Positions 1 to 8,316 of a DNA stretch of 64,000 nucleotides are shown piece by piece. Below the pieces are notes generated by a model. That model did no database searches. It was not told the DNA's origin and worked only from the letters and a program-made list of their open reading frames with translations. Both the position numbers and the translations under genes were made by a program. The first letter of the stretch is position 1. Every line of letters starts with the position of its first letter. The stretch is from an uncultured virus (IMG/VR IMGVR_UViG_3300022928_000007) (lineage: Duplodnaviria; Heunggongvirae; Uroviricota; Caudoviricetes), in the IMG/VR virus record IMGVR_UViG_3300022928_000007; one strand, 5' to 3'.

Positions 1-1035
1 GGTCTGAATGACTTGGTAGTTGAAGGTAAGACGTATGTCGGTACTGAGGCAGATGTTGCGGAATATAATGATATTTTTATGAGAGGAGAGATGGGGTTAG
101 ATACTGATGGTGTTTGGCCGTCAACCATTAATGTTGCCAGAAAAAACTACGCCCTTCTAACTGATACAGGAAAAGTCAAACTCACAGGTAATAGTATTAA
201 ATCTAAAAAACTACCAACCTATGTTGCTGAGTTTTTGGATAAAGGACTAAGATTACTATTAGACGGTAAGGGTCATGAGTTTTTAGAGTATTATTATGAA
301 TATGTTCAAAAGATTTATGATAAACAAATACCAATTTCAAAGATTGCAAATAAAGCAAGAGTTAAGCAAACAATAAAAGAATATAAGGTACACATCACTA
401 AAAAAACTAAGTCAGGGTCATTAATGTCAAGACAAGCACATATGGAATTGGCTATAAAACATAATATACCTGTTGGTCTTGGTGATACAATCTATTATGT
501 TAATAATGGTGAAAGAAAATCTCACGGTGATGTTCAAAAGAAAAATATATGGAACGCAACCGCAGCAGAAAAGAGAAAATATAAAGCTGAACATGGTGTA
601 ACAATGCCTGCCGATGATGTTGAAGTTGTACTTAACTGTTATTTAATTAGCGATAAATATATAAGTGAGACACCTGATAAATTAGGTGAATATAACGTTC
701 CAAGATATCTGGCGGCATTTAATAAAAGAATTGAACCTTTATTGGTTGTTTTTTCTACAGATATAAGAGACGAAATCCTTGTTGAAAATCCTGAGGATAG
801 ACCGTTTTTTACTAAATCTCAAACAAAGTTAGTTAGAGGATATCCTCGTAGAGAAGGTGACCAAGATACGTTAGATGAGGTTTTGACATTATCAGACACT
901 GAAGTTAGGTTTTGGAATGATGTTAATATCAACCCCTATTATATGTACTTAGAAAATACTATGAATTTAGTAAACGATGAATACGTAGAAAAAAATCTTG
1001 GAATTATGAGTTCTTTAACCCATCAGACGACATAA
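1..1035 (+). CDS. Family B DNA polymerase, C-terminal part (5'-truncated by window)
   Basis: Frame is open from base 1. PolB motif RKNYA...KLTG...K is followed by a thumb-like region (IANKARVK, GDTIYYV, YL..F.K.IEPL). Confidence 0.85.
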   Translation, partial: GLNDLVVEGKTYVGTEADVAEYNDIFMRGEMGLDTDGVWPSTINVARKNYALLTDTGKVKLTGNSIKSKKLPTYVAEFLDKGLRLLLDGKGHEFLEYYYEYVQKIYDKQIPISKIANKARVKQTIKEYKVHITKKTKSGSLMSRQAHMELAIKHNIPVGLGDTIYYVNNGERKSHGDVQKKNIWNATAAEKRKYKAEHGVTMPADDVEVVLNCYLISDKYISETPDKLGEYNVPRYLAAFNKRIEPLLVVFSTDIRDEILVENPEDRPFFTKSQTKLVRGYPRREGDQDTLDEVLTLSDTEVRFWNDVNINPYYMYLENTMNLVNDEYVEKNLGIMSSLTHQTT

Positions 1036-1348
1036 CATACCAACTATCATTAATAAATCTTAGTTCTACCGATGCAAACTTATCGAGTTCAATTTGTTCA
1101 TATTGTTCATCGATGAGTTTGTTTGTTTTTATAACAGTATAACTCATAGATTTAATAGTAATATGTTCTGTTGTTTTTTCGTCTAAGTTAATCGTACATT
1201 TTTTTTCAGCAATATCGTTTTTAACTATAATAGAACCCTCACCTTTAGTAGTGTAATGAGTAGTGTTTTTAATTAAAATAGTTTCTGATACTGATTTTAC
1301 CTCCCCATATATAACCTTTTTTATGGGGTATGATTTAATTATTCCCAT
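1004..1348 (-). CDS. Hypothetical beta-rich protein (114 aa)
   Basis: ORF directly downstream of and co-oriented with the neck-like gene; no recognisable motif. Confidence 0.65.
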   Translation of the reverse strand: MGIIKSYPIKKVIYGEVKSVSETILIKNTTHYTTKGEGSIIVKNDIAEKKCTINLDEKTTEHITIKSMSYTVIKTNKLIDEQYEQIELDKFASVELRFINDSWYVMSSDGLKNS

Positions 1349-1355
1349 AATTATT

Positions 1356-2468
1356 TTATATTATATACATCTGTCGAGGCAGTGCTCTATATTGTAATGA
1401 TTTGTTTAAGTTTTCAGCTAAATTAGCTTCTCTTTCCATCATCTTGTCTGGTCTTAGTCTTTCTAATCTAGCCATTAACTCTTCCATTAATTTACTTTTT
1501 TCGTCTTTGGCTTCAGTTAATAACGAATCGTAATCCATAGTAACTTCTGAGTCAGGTGTTTTTAAGTTACCACTAAATTTACCCCTAACTCTACCTAATG
1601 TTTCCTTAACATACGCAACAAACCATTTTCTAACCCAAGCCTGTGCGGGATTATTTAATTCATCCCATTTCATTTCATCTATTGGTATATCTGATGGTAG
1701 TCTTACGATGTCAGGGTTTTTTGATAAACAATCTTCTCTGTCATCAGTTTCATAGTACCAATACCATACTCTGTATTCATTAAATTCAATATTACCAAAA
1801 TCAAATTTACCTCCTGGAACATTATATAAATGAAGTGCCTTTTTACCTTCAGGTAATGCAGTTACTCTGTATGTTAATTCACCGGCAATTAGTCTTCTTT
1901 TAACGTTTATATCTTGCATTCTTAGTAGTATATCAAATGCAGGTGTAATCATGTAGTTACCTGTTTGACCCATTTGTGCGAAACCGGCACCACCACCAAG
2001 ACCTACACCTCCCATACCTCCGAATCCACCCATAAATGGGTCAAAAAACGCGGCGTCTAATTCTGCTCGTGTAAACCATAAAAGTTCGTTTAATTCTCTT
2101 CCTGCGGGTATTTCGTATATTTGTTGGTTAGGTACTAATGTTATATAGTCTTTTTTAAGTACATAATCTCCACCAGCTTGTAGACCCACAATTTTAGAAT
2201 ATGAATAAGTATATTGGGTTTCCCAATCTAATGAACGTGTAGTAAATGCTCTTGTAACTGATTGTTCATCTAGGTTCATCCCATATAGTGATGTCCATTG
2301 AGATTCAATTAGCCAATCGTTAACATATTGTGCGTAATCTTGAATTGATAACTCAAGTAATGAGTCCATCATTTCATCTTCGACTTCAATACTACGTATA
2401 GGTGCACCTAAGAGGTGTTTTACACGAGTATATAATTTACTTCTTTGTGGTTCGTTGATTATTGACAT
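1356..2468 (-). CDS. Neck/head-completion protein, T4 gp13-like
   Basis: N-terminal LGAP...IEV.D..MD and C-terminal KETLGRVRGKF..L..P....MD...LL.EA..E...L pattern typical of gp13-like neck proteins; TATTTATA motif upstream. Confidence 0.65.
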   Translation of the reverse strand: MSIINEPQRSKLYTRVKHLLGAPIRSIEVEDEMMDSLLELSIQDYAQYVNDWLIESQWTSLYGMNLDEQSVTRAFTTRSLDWETQYTYSYSKIVGLQAGGDYVLKKDYITLVPNQQIYEIPAGRELNELLWFTRAELDAAFFDPFMGGFGGMGGVGLGGGAGFAQMGQTGNYMITPAFDILLRMQDINVKRRLIAGELTYRVTALPEGKKALHLYNVPGGKFDFGNIEFNEYRVWYWYYETDDREDCLSKNPDIVRLPSDIPIDEMKWDELNNPAQAWVRKWFVAYVKETLGRVRGKFSGNLKTPDSEVTMDYDSLLTEAKDEKSKLMEELMARLERLRPDKMMEREANLAENLNKSLQYRALPRQMYII

Positions 2469-2509
2469 ATATACGTTTTCTTTATAAATATTAAGAAAAG
2501 TATATTTCT

Positions 2510-4072
2510 TTAAATATTATATTCAGATGACTCTGTAAAGACGTATCTACCGTTAATAATTTTTGTATTTTTATTTTCAAAAACTACTGTTCCTAATTTA
2601 TTACTATGAAAAACTAAAAAGTCAGTTTTATAAGGTTTTACATTACCTGTACCATAAACGGTTACTTTACCATTTTGTTTTGTTATACGATTAAATGGTT
2701 TAATTTGCATTGTTTTAGTTTCCTCATTTAATTTAACTGTGGCGTCAATCCCTCCAATCATATCGTCTACATCTCCAAGTTCTCCAACTTTTTTAACGTT
2801 ATCGGTTTTAAAGATATTTTTTAAGTTTACTACTGCGTCCACCTCTCTCTTATCTCCAAATTTATTGGTCTTATCAAGACCTGACATTATAGTTTTAAAA
2901 GTTTCAGAGTTAGAGTCAAACATACTGTATCTTAGTTCTATAAGGTATTTGTTAAGTCTATCAACTTCTACCAATTGTTCCTTATGGTTTTTATTATTAA
3001 AATTAATAACATCTATACCATATTTTTTTAAGTAGTTATTTGTATCCGTCACCAAAGTACAAAATGCTGTGTAATTTGTGTTTAATTTATTTATAACTGA
3101 ACGACCTTTTTGTTCATAATCATAAACGCCGGACATTTGTCCTTTAGAATATTTATTTTTTTCATACCAATAATCTGAAAATACTTCTTTAAGGATATCC
3201 ATTATAGTGTACATAAATCTCTTTTTTATTTCTGGATTGGTATTAAACAACCTTCTATATGTTTGTACTTGATTTCTATTACATCCCGGACTTGAACCTT
3301 CAGAGATTATACTTTTAACTTGATTAGTTTCATTAATTTTTTTATTAACTTGACTATTATAAAGTTCATTCACATAATCCCAATTAATAACTGACCAAAA
3401 ATTTCTAATATATTCATCTCTCTTATTGCGATATTTTAAATAATATGCGTGTTCCCAAGTGTCTATCCCTAAAATTGGATATCCTCCATTTTTAACTACA
3501 TTCATTAGAGGGTTGTCTTGATTAGGTGTGGACATCACTTTTAATTTACCTGATTTAGTAACTACTAACCATGTCCATCCTGAACCAAAGTTTTTTAATG
3601 ATTCATTACTAAATATTCTTTTAAATTTAGAAAAGTCTCCAAAATCTTTAATAATTTTTTCATAAACCTCTCCTTGTGCTCTTTGTTTTTTTGGGGACAA
3701 CATTTTCCAAAATAATGAGTGATTAAATACCCCACCAGCATTATCTCTAATTGTTTTATTGTATCTGGATATTCCTTTTATTAATTGTTCTAATTCAATA
3801 TTACCGTCTATTCTATTTGATAGTGCGTTATTTAATTTTTTTACATACCCTTTATAATGTTTATTATAGTGAGTATCCATAGTTTCAGAGTCTATAAATC
3901 TCTCTAAGGCAGAATAAGAGTATGGTAATTTTTCAATACCTATTTTTTTCATTTCTGTTAAAATTTGTGGTGATTTTTGCGAGACAGTAGATTTAACTTC
4001 TGTTAAATGTTCTCGGCTTTTTAATTTATGTTCAATCTCTGAGATTTTGTTTTTTAATCTTTTGAACTTCAT
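2510..4072 (-). CDS. sod: Fe/Mn superoxide dismutase (Mn-type signature) with a 40-aa N-terminal leader and a fused C-terminal PD-(D/E)XK-like domain
   Basis: LPY, H68 (THYNKH), H118 (NAGGVFNH), FGSGW, NQDNP and D204/H208 (DTWEHAYY) are all present. An extra ~260 aa C-terminal region carries GDKRE...GGID...QIK. Confidence 0.9.
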   Translation of the reverse strand: MKFKRLKNKISEIEHKLKSREHLTEVKSTVSQKSPQILTEMKKIGIEKLPYSYSALERFIDSETMDTHYNKHYKGYVKKLNNALSNRIDGNIELEQLIKGISRYNKTIRDNAGGVFNHSLFWKMLSPKKQRAQGEVYEKIIKDFGDFSKFKRIFSNESLKNFGSGWTWLVVTKSGKLKVMSTPNQDNPLMNVVKNGGYPILGIDTWEHAYYLKYRNKRDEYIRNFWSVINWDYVNELYNSQVNKKINETNQVKSIISEGSSPGCNRNQVQTYRRLFNTNPEIKKRFMYTIMDILKEVFSDYWYEKNKYSKGQMSGVYDYEQKGRSVINKLNTNYTAFCTLVTDTNNYLKKYGIDVINFNNKNHKEQLVEVDRLNKYLIELRYSMFDSNSETFKTIMSGLDKTNKFGDKREVDAVVNLKNIFKTDNVKKVGELGDVDDMIGGIDATVKLNEETKTMQIKPFNRITKQNGKVTVYGTGNVKPYKTDFLVFHSNKLGTVVFENKNTKIINGRYVFTESSEYNI

Positions 4073-4111
4073 TTGTCTTTTTTATTATAAATAATAGTGA
4101 ACAATAAAAAT

Positions 4112-5875
4112 TTATCTTCTGACCGATATTTCGTTTATAATTTGTTCCATAATGTCTCCCTTACCTTCATTATCCCCCATTACTGTCTCAAAAATATTCT
4201 TTTTTTGTGACAAAATATCATATATAATTCCCTCTATTGAGTTTTCAAAAATAGGGTAGAATACTGATACGTTTGATTTCTGTCCGTATCTATATGCTCT
4301 ATCTTCTGCTTGTGAATGGTCAGAAGGTACAAAGGATAAATCATTCATAACAACAGCTTCTGCTTTAGTAAGTGTTATACCTACACCTGCCGCTTTTAAA
4401 TTACCAACAAAAACTTTTATTTTATCGTTTTCTTGAAATTGGTCAACCGAATATTGTCTCGCAGTTTTAGTCATTTTCCCGTCCAATTTTACAGCTTTTT
4501 TACCAAAGTGGTCTACAATTCTATTTAACGTATCTGTAAAGTTAGTAAACACAATAACCTTTTTACCTTGTTCGATTATATTTTCAACGATTTCACAAGT
4601 TTCTTTTATTTTGTTTTCTGCAATAACTTGTCTAACTTTCATCAACATTGAGAATTGGACAGTTAACGATTTTTTTTCTCGGTCATCTTCCATCCAATCA
4701 TAGTATTCACCCATAAGTGCCTCGTAGTCTTTAGACTTTAAATTAAGGTATACGGGAGTAATAATTTTTTCAGGTAGGTCTAGTATGTCTTGTTTTAATC
4801 TCCTTAATACATGTGTTTTAGTTCTATCCCTTAACTCCAAAAGGTTAGATGAACCATTTACGTTCCAAACTTTTCTATTACCCACATTAAATTGGTACCC
4901 TTCACAATATCTGATAACATATGCCATCCAATTATATGCAACAGGAGATTCCACTAAATTTAAAAGATTATAATAATTTATTGGTCTTGAGGTCATGGGT
5001 GTACCCGTAAGTAACCATACTTTACCTATTGAATTTATAATGTCGTTAATTAATTTAGTTCGTTTAGCTTGTACATTTTGTATGTAATGAGCCTCATCTA
5101 CAACTACTAAATCAAACCCTTCTTGTAGAATAATGGACTCTTCTTTGTTTTTTAAATCGTGGAAGTTTTTTAAAATATCATAATTAATAATAACAAAATC
5201 TGCACTTTCCCATTTCTTACCTTCAATAATTGATATGGTTTTATCTGTGTAATTTTCAATTTCTCGTTTCCAATTTATTTTTAAAGAAGCTGGACATACA
5301 ATCAGGACTCTCTCTGCCCCTGACTCTAAAGCTGCAATTACCGTTGAAGTCGTTTTACCAAGACCCATATCATCTGCTAAAATATATTTATTGTGAGAAG
5401 CTAACTTTTCTATGGCTTCTGTTTGATGTTGTAGAGGAGGTCTATGTTTATATTTAGAATAGTCAATTTTAACCTCTTTAACTTCTTGAGATTTTATAAG
5501 CGCTACACGAGGTAACCAAAACGAGTGAAGTTTTTCACTTTCAAAAATTCTACCCCATATATGGAAAGATTTATCTTTCTCGACTAAAAGTTTTTCTATG
5601 TATATTTTTTCAGGGACTTTTGTGAGAAGTTTATCTTCCATCATTTTTTTACCAAAATAACTATCTAAATCAACCCATTTTCTTGCTATCTTAGGTACCC
5701 TACCGTGATAAGTGTTAATATAGTCCGCCTGTGCCCTTGTTAGTTTAAAGTGTTTTTGTTCTTTTAATTTTTTTTGTATGGATATAATATAATTGTTAAA
5801 CCCATCGTATTCTTCTAAAATACGTTGCGCTCTAACTTCGGGTATTTTTGATAACTTATCTTTCTTACTTTCCAT
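4112..5875 (-). CDS. SNF2/HARP-like DNA helicase/annealing ATPase
   Basis: LADDMGLGKT, DEAH, LLTGTP, GVGITL, QAEDRAYRYGQ motifs. The ATG at 5875 (MESKK) is preferred over the TTG at 5899. Confidence 0.9.
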   Translation of the reverse strand: MESKKDKLSKIPEVRAQRILEEYDGFNNYIISIQKKLKEQKHFKLTRAQADYINTYHGRVPKIARKWVDLDSYFGKKMMEDKLLTKVPEKIYIEKLLVEKDKSFHIWGRIFESEKLHSFWLPRVALIKSQEVKEVKIDYSKYKHRPPLQHQTEAIEKLASHNKYILADDMGLGKTTSTVIAALESGAERVLIVCPASLKINWKREIENYTDKTISIIEGKKWESADFVIINYDILKNFHDLKNKEESIILQEGFDLVVVDEAHYIQNVQAKRTKLINDIINSIGKVWLLTGTPMTSRPINYYNLLNLVESPVAYNWMAYVIRYCEGYQFNVGNRKVWNVNGSSNLLELRDRTKTHVLRRLKQDILDLPEKIITPVYLNLKSKDYEALMGEYYDWMEDDREKKSLTVQFSMLMKVRQVIAENKIKETCEIVENIIEQGKKVIVFTNFTDTLNRIVDHFGKKAVKLDGKMTKTARQYSVDQFQENDKIKVFVGNLKAAGVGITLTKAEAVVMNDLSFVPSDHSQAEDRAYRYGQKSNVSVFYPIFENSIEGIIYDILSQKKNIFETVMGDNEGKGDIMEQIINEISVRR

Positions 5876-5921
5876 AACGAAATATTTATAATATAACAAT
5901 AAACTAAGTATTTATCAATAT

Positions 5922-6437
5922 ATGAGTAACAGAAAGATACCTATAACGAGATTAGAGAAGTTTTTTGGGTCCGAAGATTTTGGTTTAGAACAAAATATGG
6001 GTCGAGAATGGCTTGAAGGCGATATGAATTTTACATTAGTATTATATCGAGTTGATAGACAAAAAACTAAAACTGATGATGTTTATGGTGAGACAGAAGA
6101 AGACGGAATTCAATTCTTACCTCCTGTAGAATTCAGGGGTTATGTTACTATTGAAACACCTGACAATCAAAATTATGCTAATTCTAATTTATCACAGATG
6201 GAGCCAGGTAATTTAAAAGTTGGTGTATATCAAGATACTTTAGATGAACTACAGATTGACATAGATTATGGAGATTACATTGGTTACTACGAAACTGAAG
6301 ATAGGGTAAGGTATTACTCAGTAGTTAATGATGGTCGTGTTGTGAGTGATAATAAACATACTTATGGTGGGTATAAACCATTTTATAGGAGTATTATAGC
6401 CGCACCTGTAAATGATGGAGAATTTAGAGGAATATGA
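5922..6437 (+). CDS. Putative head-tail joining/neck protein (gp14-like)
   Basis: D.VYGE motif, beta-barrel-like pattern, and position ahead of the tail terminator-like and sheath genes. Confidence 0.45.
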   Translation: MSNRKIPITRLEKFFGSEDFGLEQNMGREWLEGDMNFTLVLYRVDRQKTKTDDVYGETEEDGIQFLPPVEFRGYVTIETPDNQNYANSNLSQMEPGNLKVGVYQDTLDELQIDIDYGDYIGYYETEDRVRYYSVVNDGRVVSDNKHTYGGYKPFYRSIIAAPVNDGEFRGI

Positions 6438-6994
6438 AAAAATTAATTAACGAAATAAATTTTATTAAAAATAGGATGTCTCATTTATGTGAGGAGGTCG
6501 TTGGAGAAAAAGTCGTTTGTGATGATTGTGGGTGGTCATGGGAACTAAGTAAAGGTGGTGATGACCCTTACGTATGTCATGAATGTGGTAATGATAATGA
6601 AGAAATTAATTATATAGGTAAAAAAGTTATGGTTTACTATAACTTACACAAACACACTTTTTCAGTTTCTTATAAGAATAAGATTGTTATATATGCCGAT
6701 TACGTTAAGTTGAGTGATGTTGAATTTAGAGTAAGACAAGGTGGTAAAGAAAGAGTTAGAGATGAAATGAGAAAAAATGTTCACGCATTTGTCATTGGTA
6801 CTCTTTTAGATTATTGTACTTACCCTTGTGAAAATTTACCTGAACCACCAAACGATAAAATTATAACTTACAATCCTTACAAATATGATTCATTTGTAAG
6901 AAAAGATAGTGAAGAACCTATATTTAATGCAAATGAAGTTGAGATGATTAACTCAAAAGATAAAGTCTTTTTTATTAGTGAAACAAAAAAATAA
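6434..6994 (+). CDS. Phage protein: leader, CxxC-CxxC zinc ribbon, and a VYYNLHK...RKNVHAFV domain of unknown function
   Basis: CDDCGWSW...CHECG ribbon; ATGA overlap with the previous gene and TAATG overlap with the next. Confidence 0.7.
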   Translation: MKKLINEINFIKNRMSHLCEEVVGEKVVCDDCGWSWELSKGGDDPYVCHECGNDNEEINYIGKKVMVYYNLHKHTFSVSYKNKIVIYADYVKLSDVEFRVRQGGKERVRDEMRKNVHAFVIGTLLDYCTYPCENLPEPPNDKIITYNPYKYDSFVRKDSEEPIFNANEVEMINSKDKVFFISETKK

Positions 6995-8034
6995 TGGCAC
7001 TACCTAAGAACGTAAAAAAACATTTACCCTTAACTCCTGATAAAATTTTACTACAAAGGAGAGAAGAACTTCTTGAACAAATTCAAGAGGACGGAACATA
7101 TTTACCTAAATCTATATTACATGCAGATTTAGATAGAGGTATGTTAGATTTTGTAAAAGAAGATTTAGGTATTTCAGTTAGTGGTAAAAAAATTAACACA
7201 GTCGATTTAATTATTACAACACAGAATTGGGCTCAATTTACTGAGACTTGGAATTTTCAAGATTTAGATAAAAATATAAAACCCCCTTTTGTTGCGACAG
7301 TAAGAAACCCTGATGTAAAGTTTGGAACTAATCCATCATTACAGTATACAATACCAAATAGAAAACAATTTTATTATGCCAAAGTACCTACTTGGGACGG
7401 ACAAAGAAAGGGTATGGACATTTACAAAATACCTCAACCTGTTCCTGTAGATATTACTTATAACGTTAAAATCTTTTGTAATAAGATGAGACAATTAAAT
7501 GATTTTAATAAAAAGGTATTACAAACTTTTTCTTCAAGACAGGCTTATACTGAAATTAAAGGACATTATATTCCTTTAATTCTAAACTCTTCTTCTGATG
7601 AATCCGTATTAGAATTGGAGAAAAGAAAATACTATGTTCAAAATTATGAATTTTTAATGATGGGATTTTTATTAGATGAGGAAGAGTTTGAAGTGTCACC
7701 AGCAATATCAAGAACCTCAACCGTTTTTGAAGTTGAAACATTTAATAAAAGTAAGAGAGCGGAAAAATATCCGTCTAACCCTAAAAACTTTGATTTAGAT
7801 ATTTTATTTACAAGTGGAATAACATCATTAAGTGAAACTTATAGATATCAAGTTGATTTAACAATATTAGAGTCAACTAATGTTGACAGTTATTCCGTCT
7901 ATATAAATGGTAATTATATAGGGGATGATGTTACAACTATAAAGGTATCTACTAATGACTTAATTAAAATTGATGTTATAAAAAATGATAACACTAAGTC
8001 TTCAGTTTTAAAAGCTAAAGCGAGACTACTTTAA
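6994..8034 (+). CDS. Putative tail terminator/sheath-stabiliser (gp15-like)
   Basis: PQPVPVDITYNVKIF pattern and position just upstream of the sheath gene. Confidence 0.5.
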   Translation: MALPKNVKKHLPLTPDKILLQRREELLEQIQEDGTYLPKSILHADLDRGMLDFVKEDLGISVSGKKINTVDLIITTQNWAQFTETWNFQDLDKNIKPPFVATVRNPDVKFGTNPSLQYTIPNRKQFYYAKVPTWDGQRKGMDIYKIPQPVPVDITYNVKIFCNKMRQLNDFNKKVLQTFSSRQAYTEIKGHYIPLILNSSSDESVLELEKRKYYVQNYEFLMMGFLLDEEEFEVSPAISRTSTVFEVETFNKSKRAEKYPSNPKNFDLDILFTSGITSLSETYRYQVDLTILESTNVDSYSVYINGNYIGDDVTTIKVSTNDLIKIDVIKNDNTKSSVLKAKARLL

Positions 8035-8184
8035 TTATTCTCCGTATATATCCCTAACTTCTTTACAATTTTCCTCTATTAGTTTTTCTAAGAACTTATA
8101 TATTTTAAATCCGTGTTTTTCACAGTAACTTTTTAGTAGTTCGTGTGACTCAGGTGAAATTTTTATGTTTTTTATTTTACTCAT
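8035..8184 (-). CDS. Small ribbon-helix-helix DNA-binding protein (49 aa, missed by ORF track)
   Basis: My translation: MSKIKNIKISPESHELLKSYCEKHGFKIYKFLEKLIEENCKEVRDIYGE*. Shows a beta strand (KNIKIS), a helix, a G turn and a second helix. It abuts the stop of the converging gene exactly. Confidence 0.7.
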   Translation of the reverse strand: MSKIKNIKISPESHELLKSYCEKHGFKIYKFLEKLIEENCKEVRDIYGE

Positions 8185-8196
8185 CGGTGTTTTTTT

Positions 8197-8229
8197 AAAA
8201 GGTAGAAAAAAGGTAGAACTTTTTCCTAC
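8197..8229. promoter_or_regulatory. Tandem 11-bp direct repeat AAAAGGTAGAA x2 plus a degenerate inverted copy; candidate operator
   Basis: 8197-8207 and 8208-8218 are identical; 8221-8229 reverse-complements to GTAGGAAAA. Confidence 0.45.
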
Positions 8230-8316
8230 TCTTTATAAATATAGTCTTTACTTAATAGTTTTTTCATCTTTTTACTAATATTTATCTATAAATAAAACTT
8301 AAGAAAAAATTTAAAC

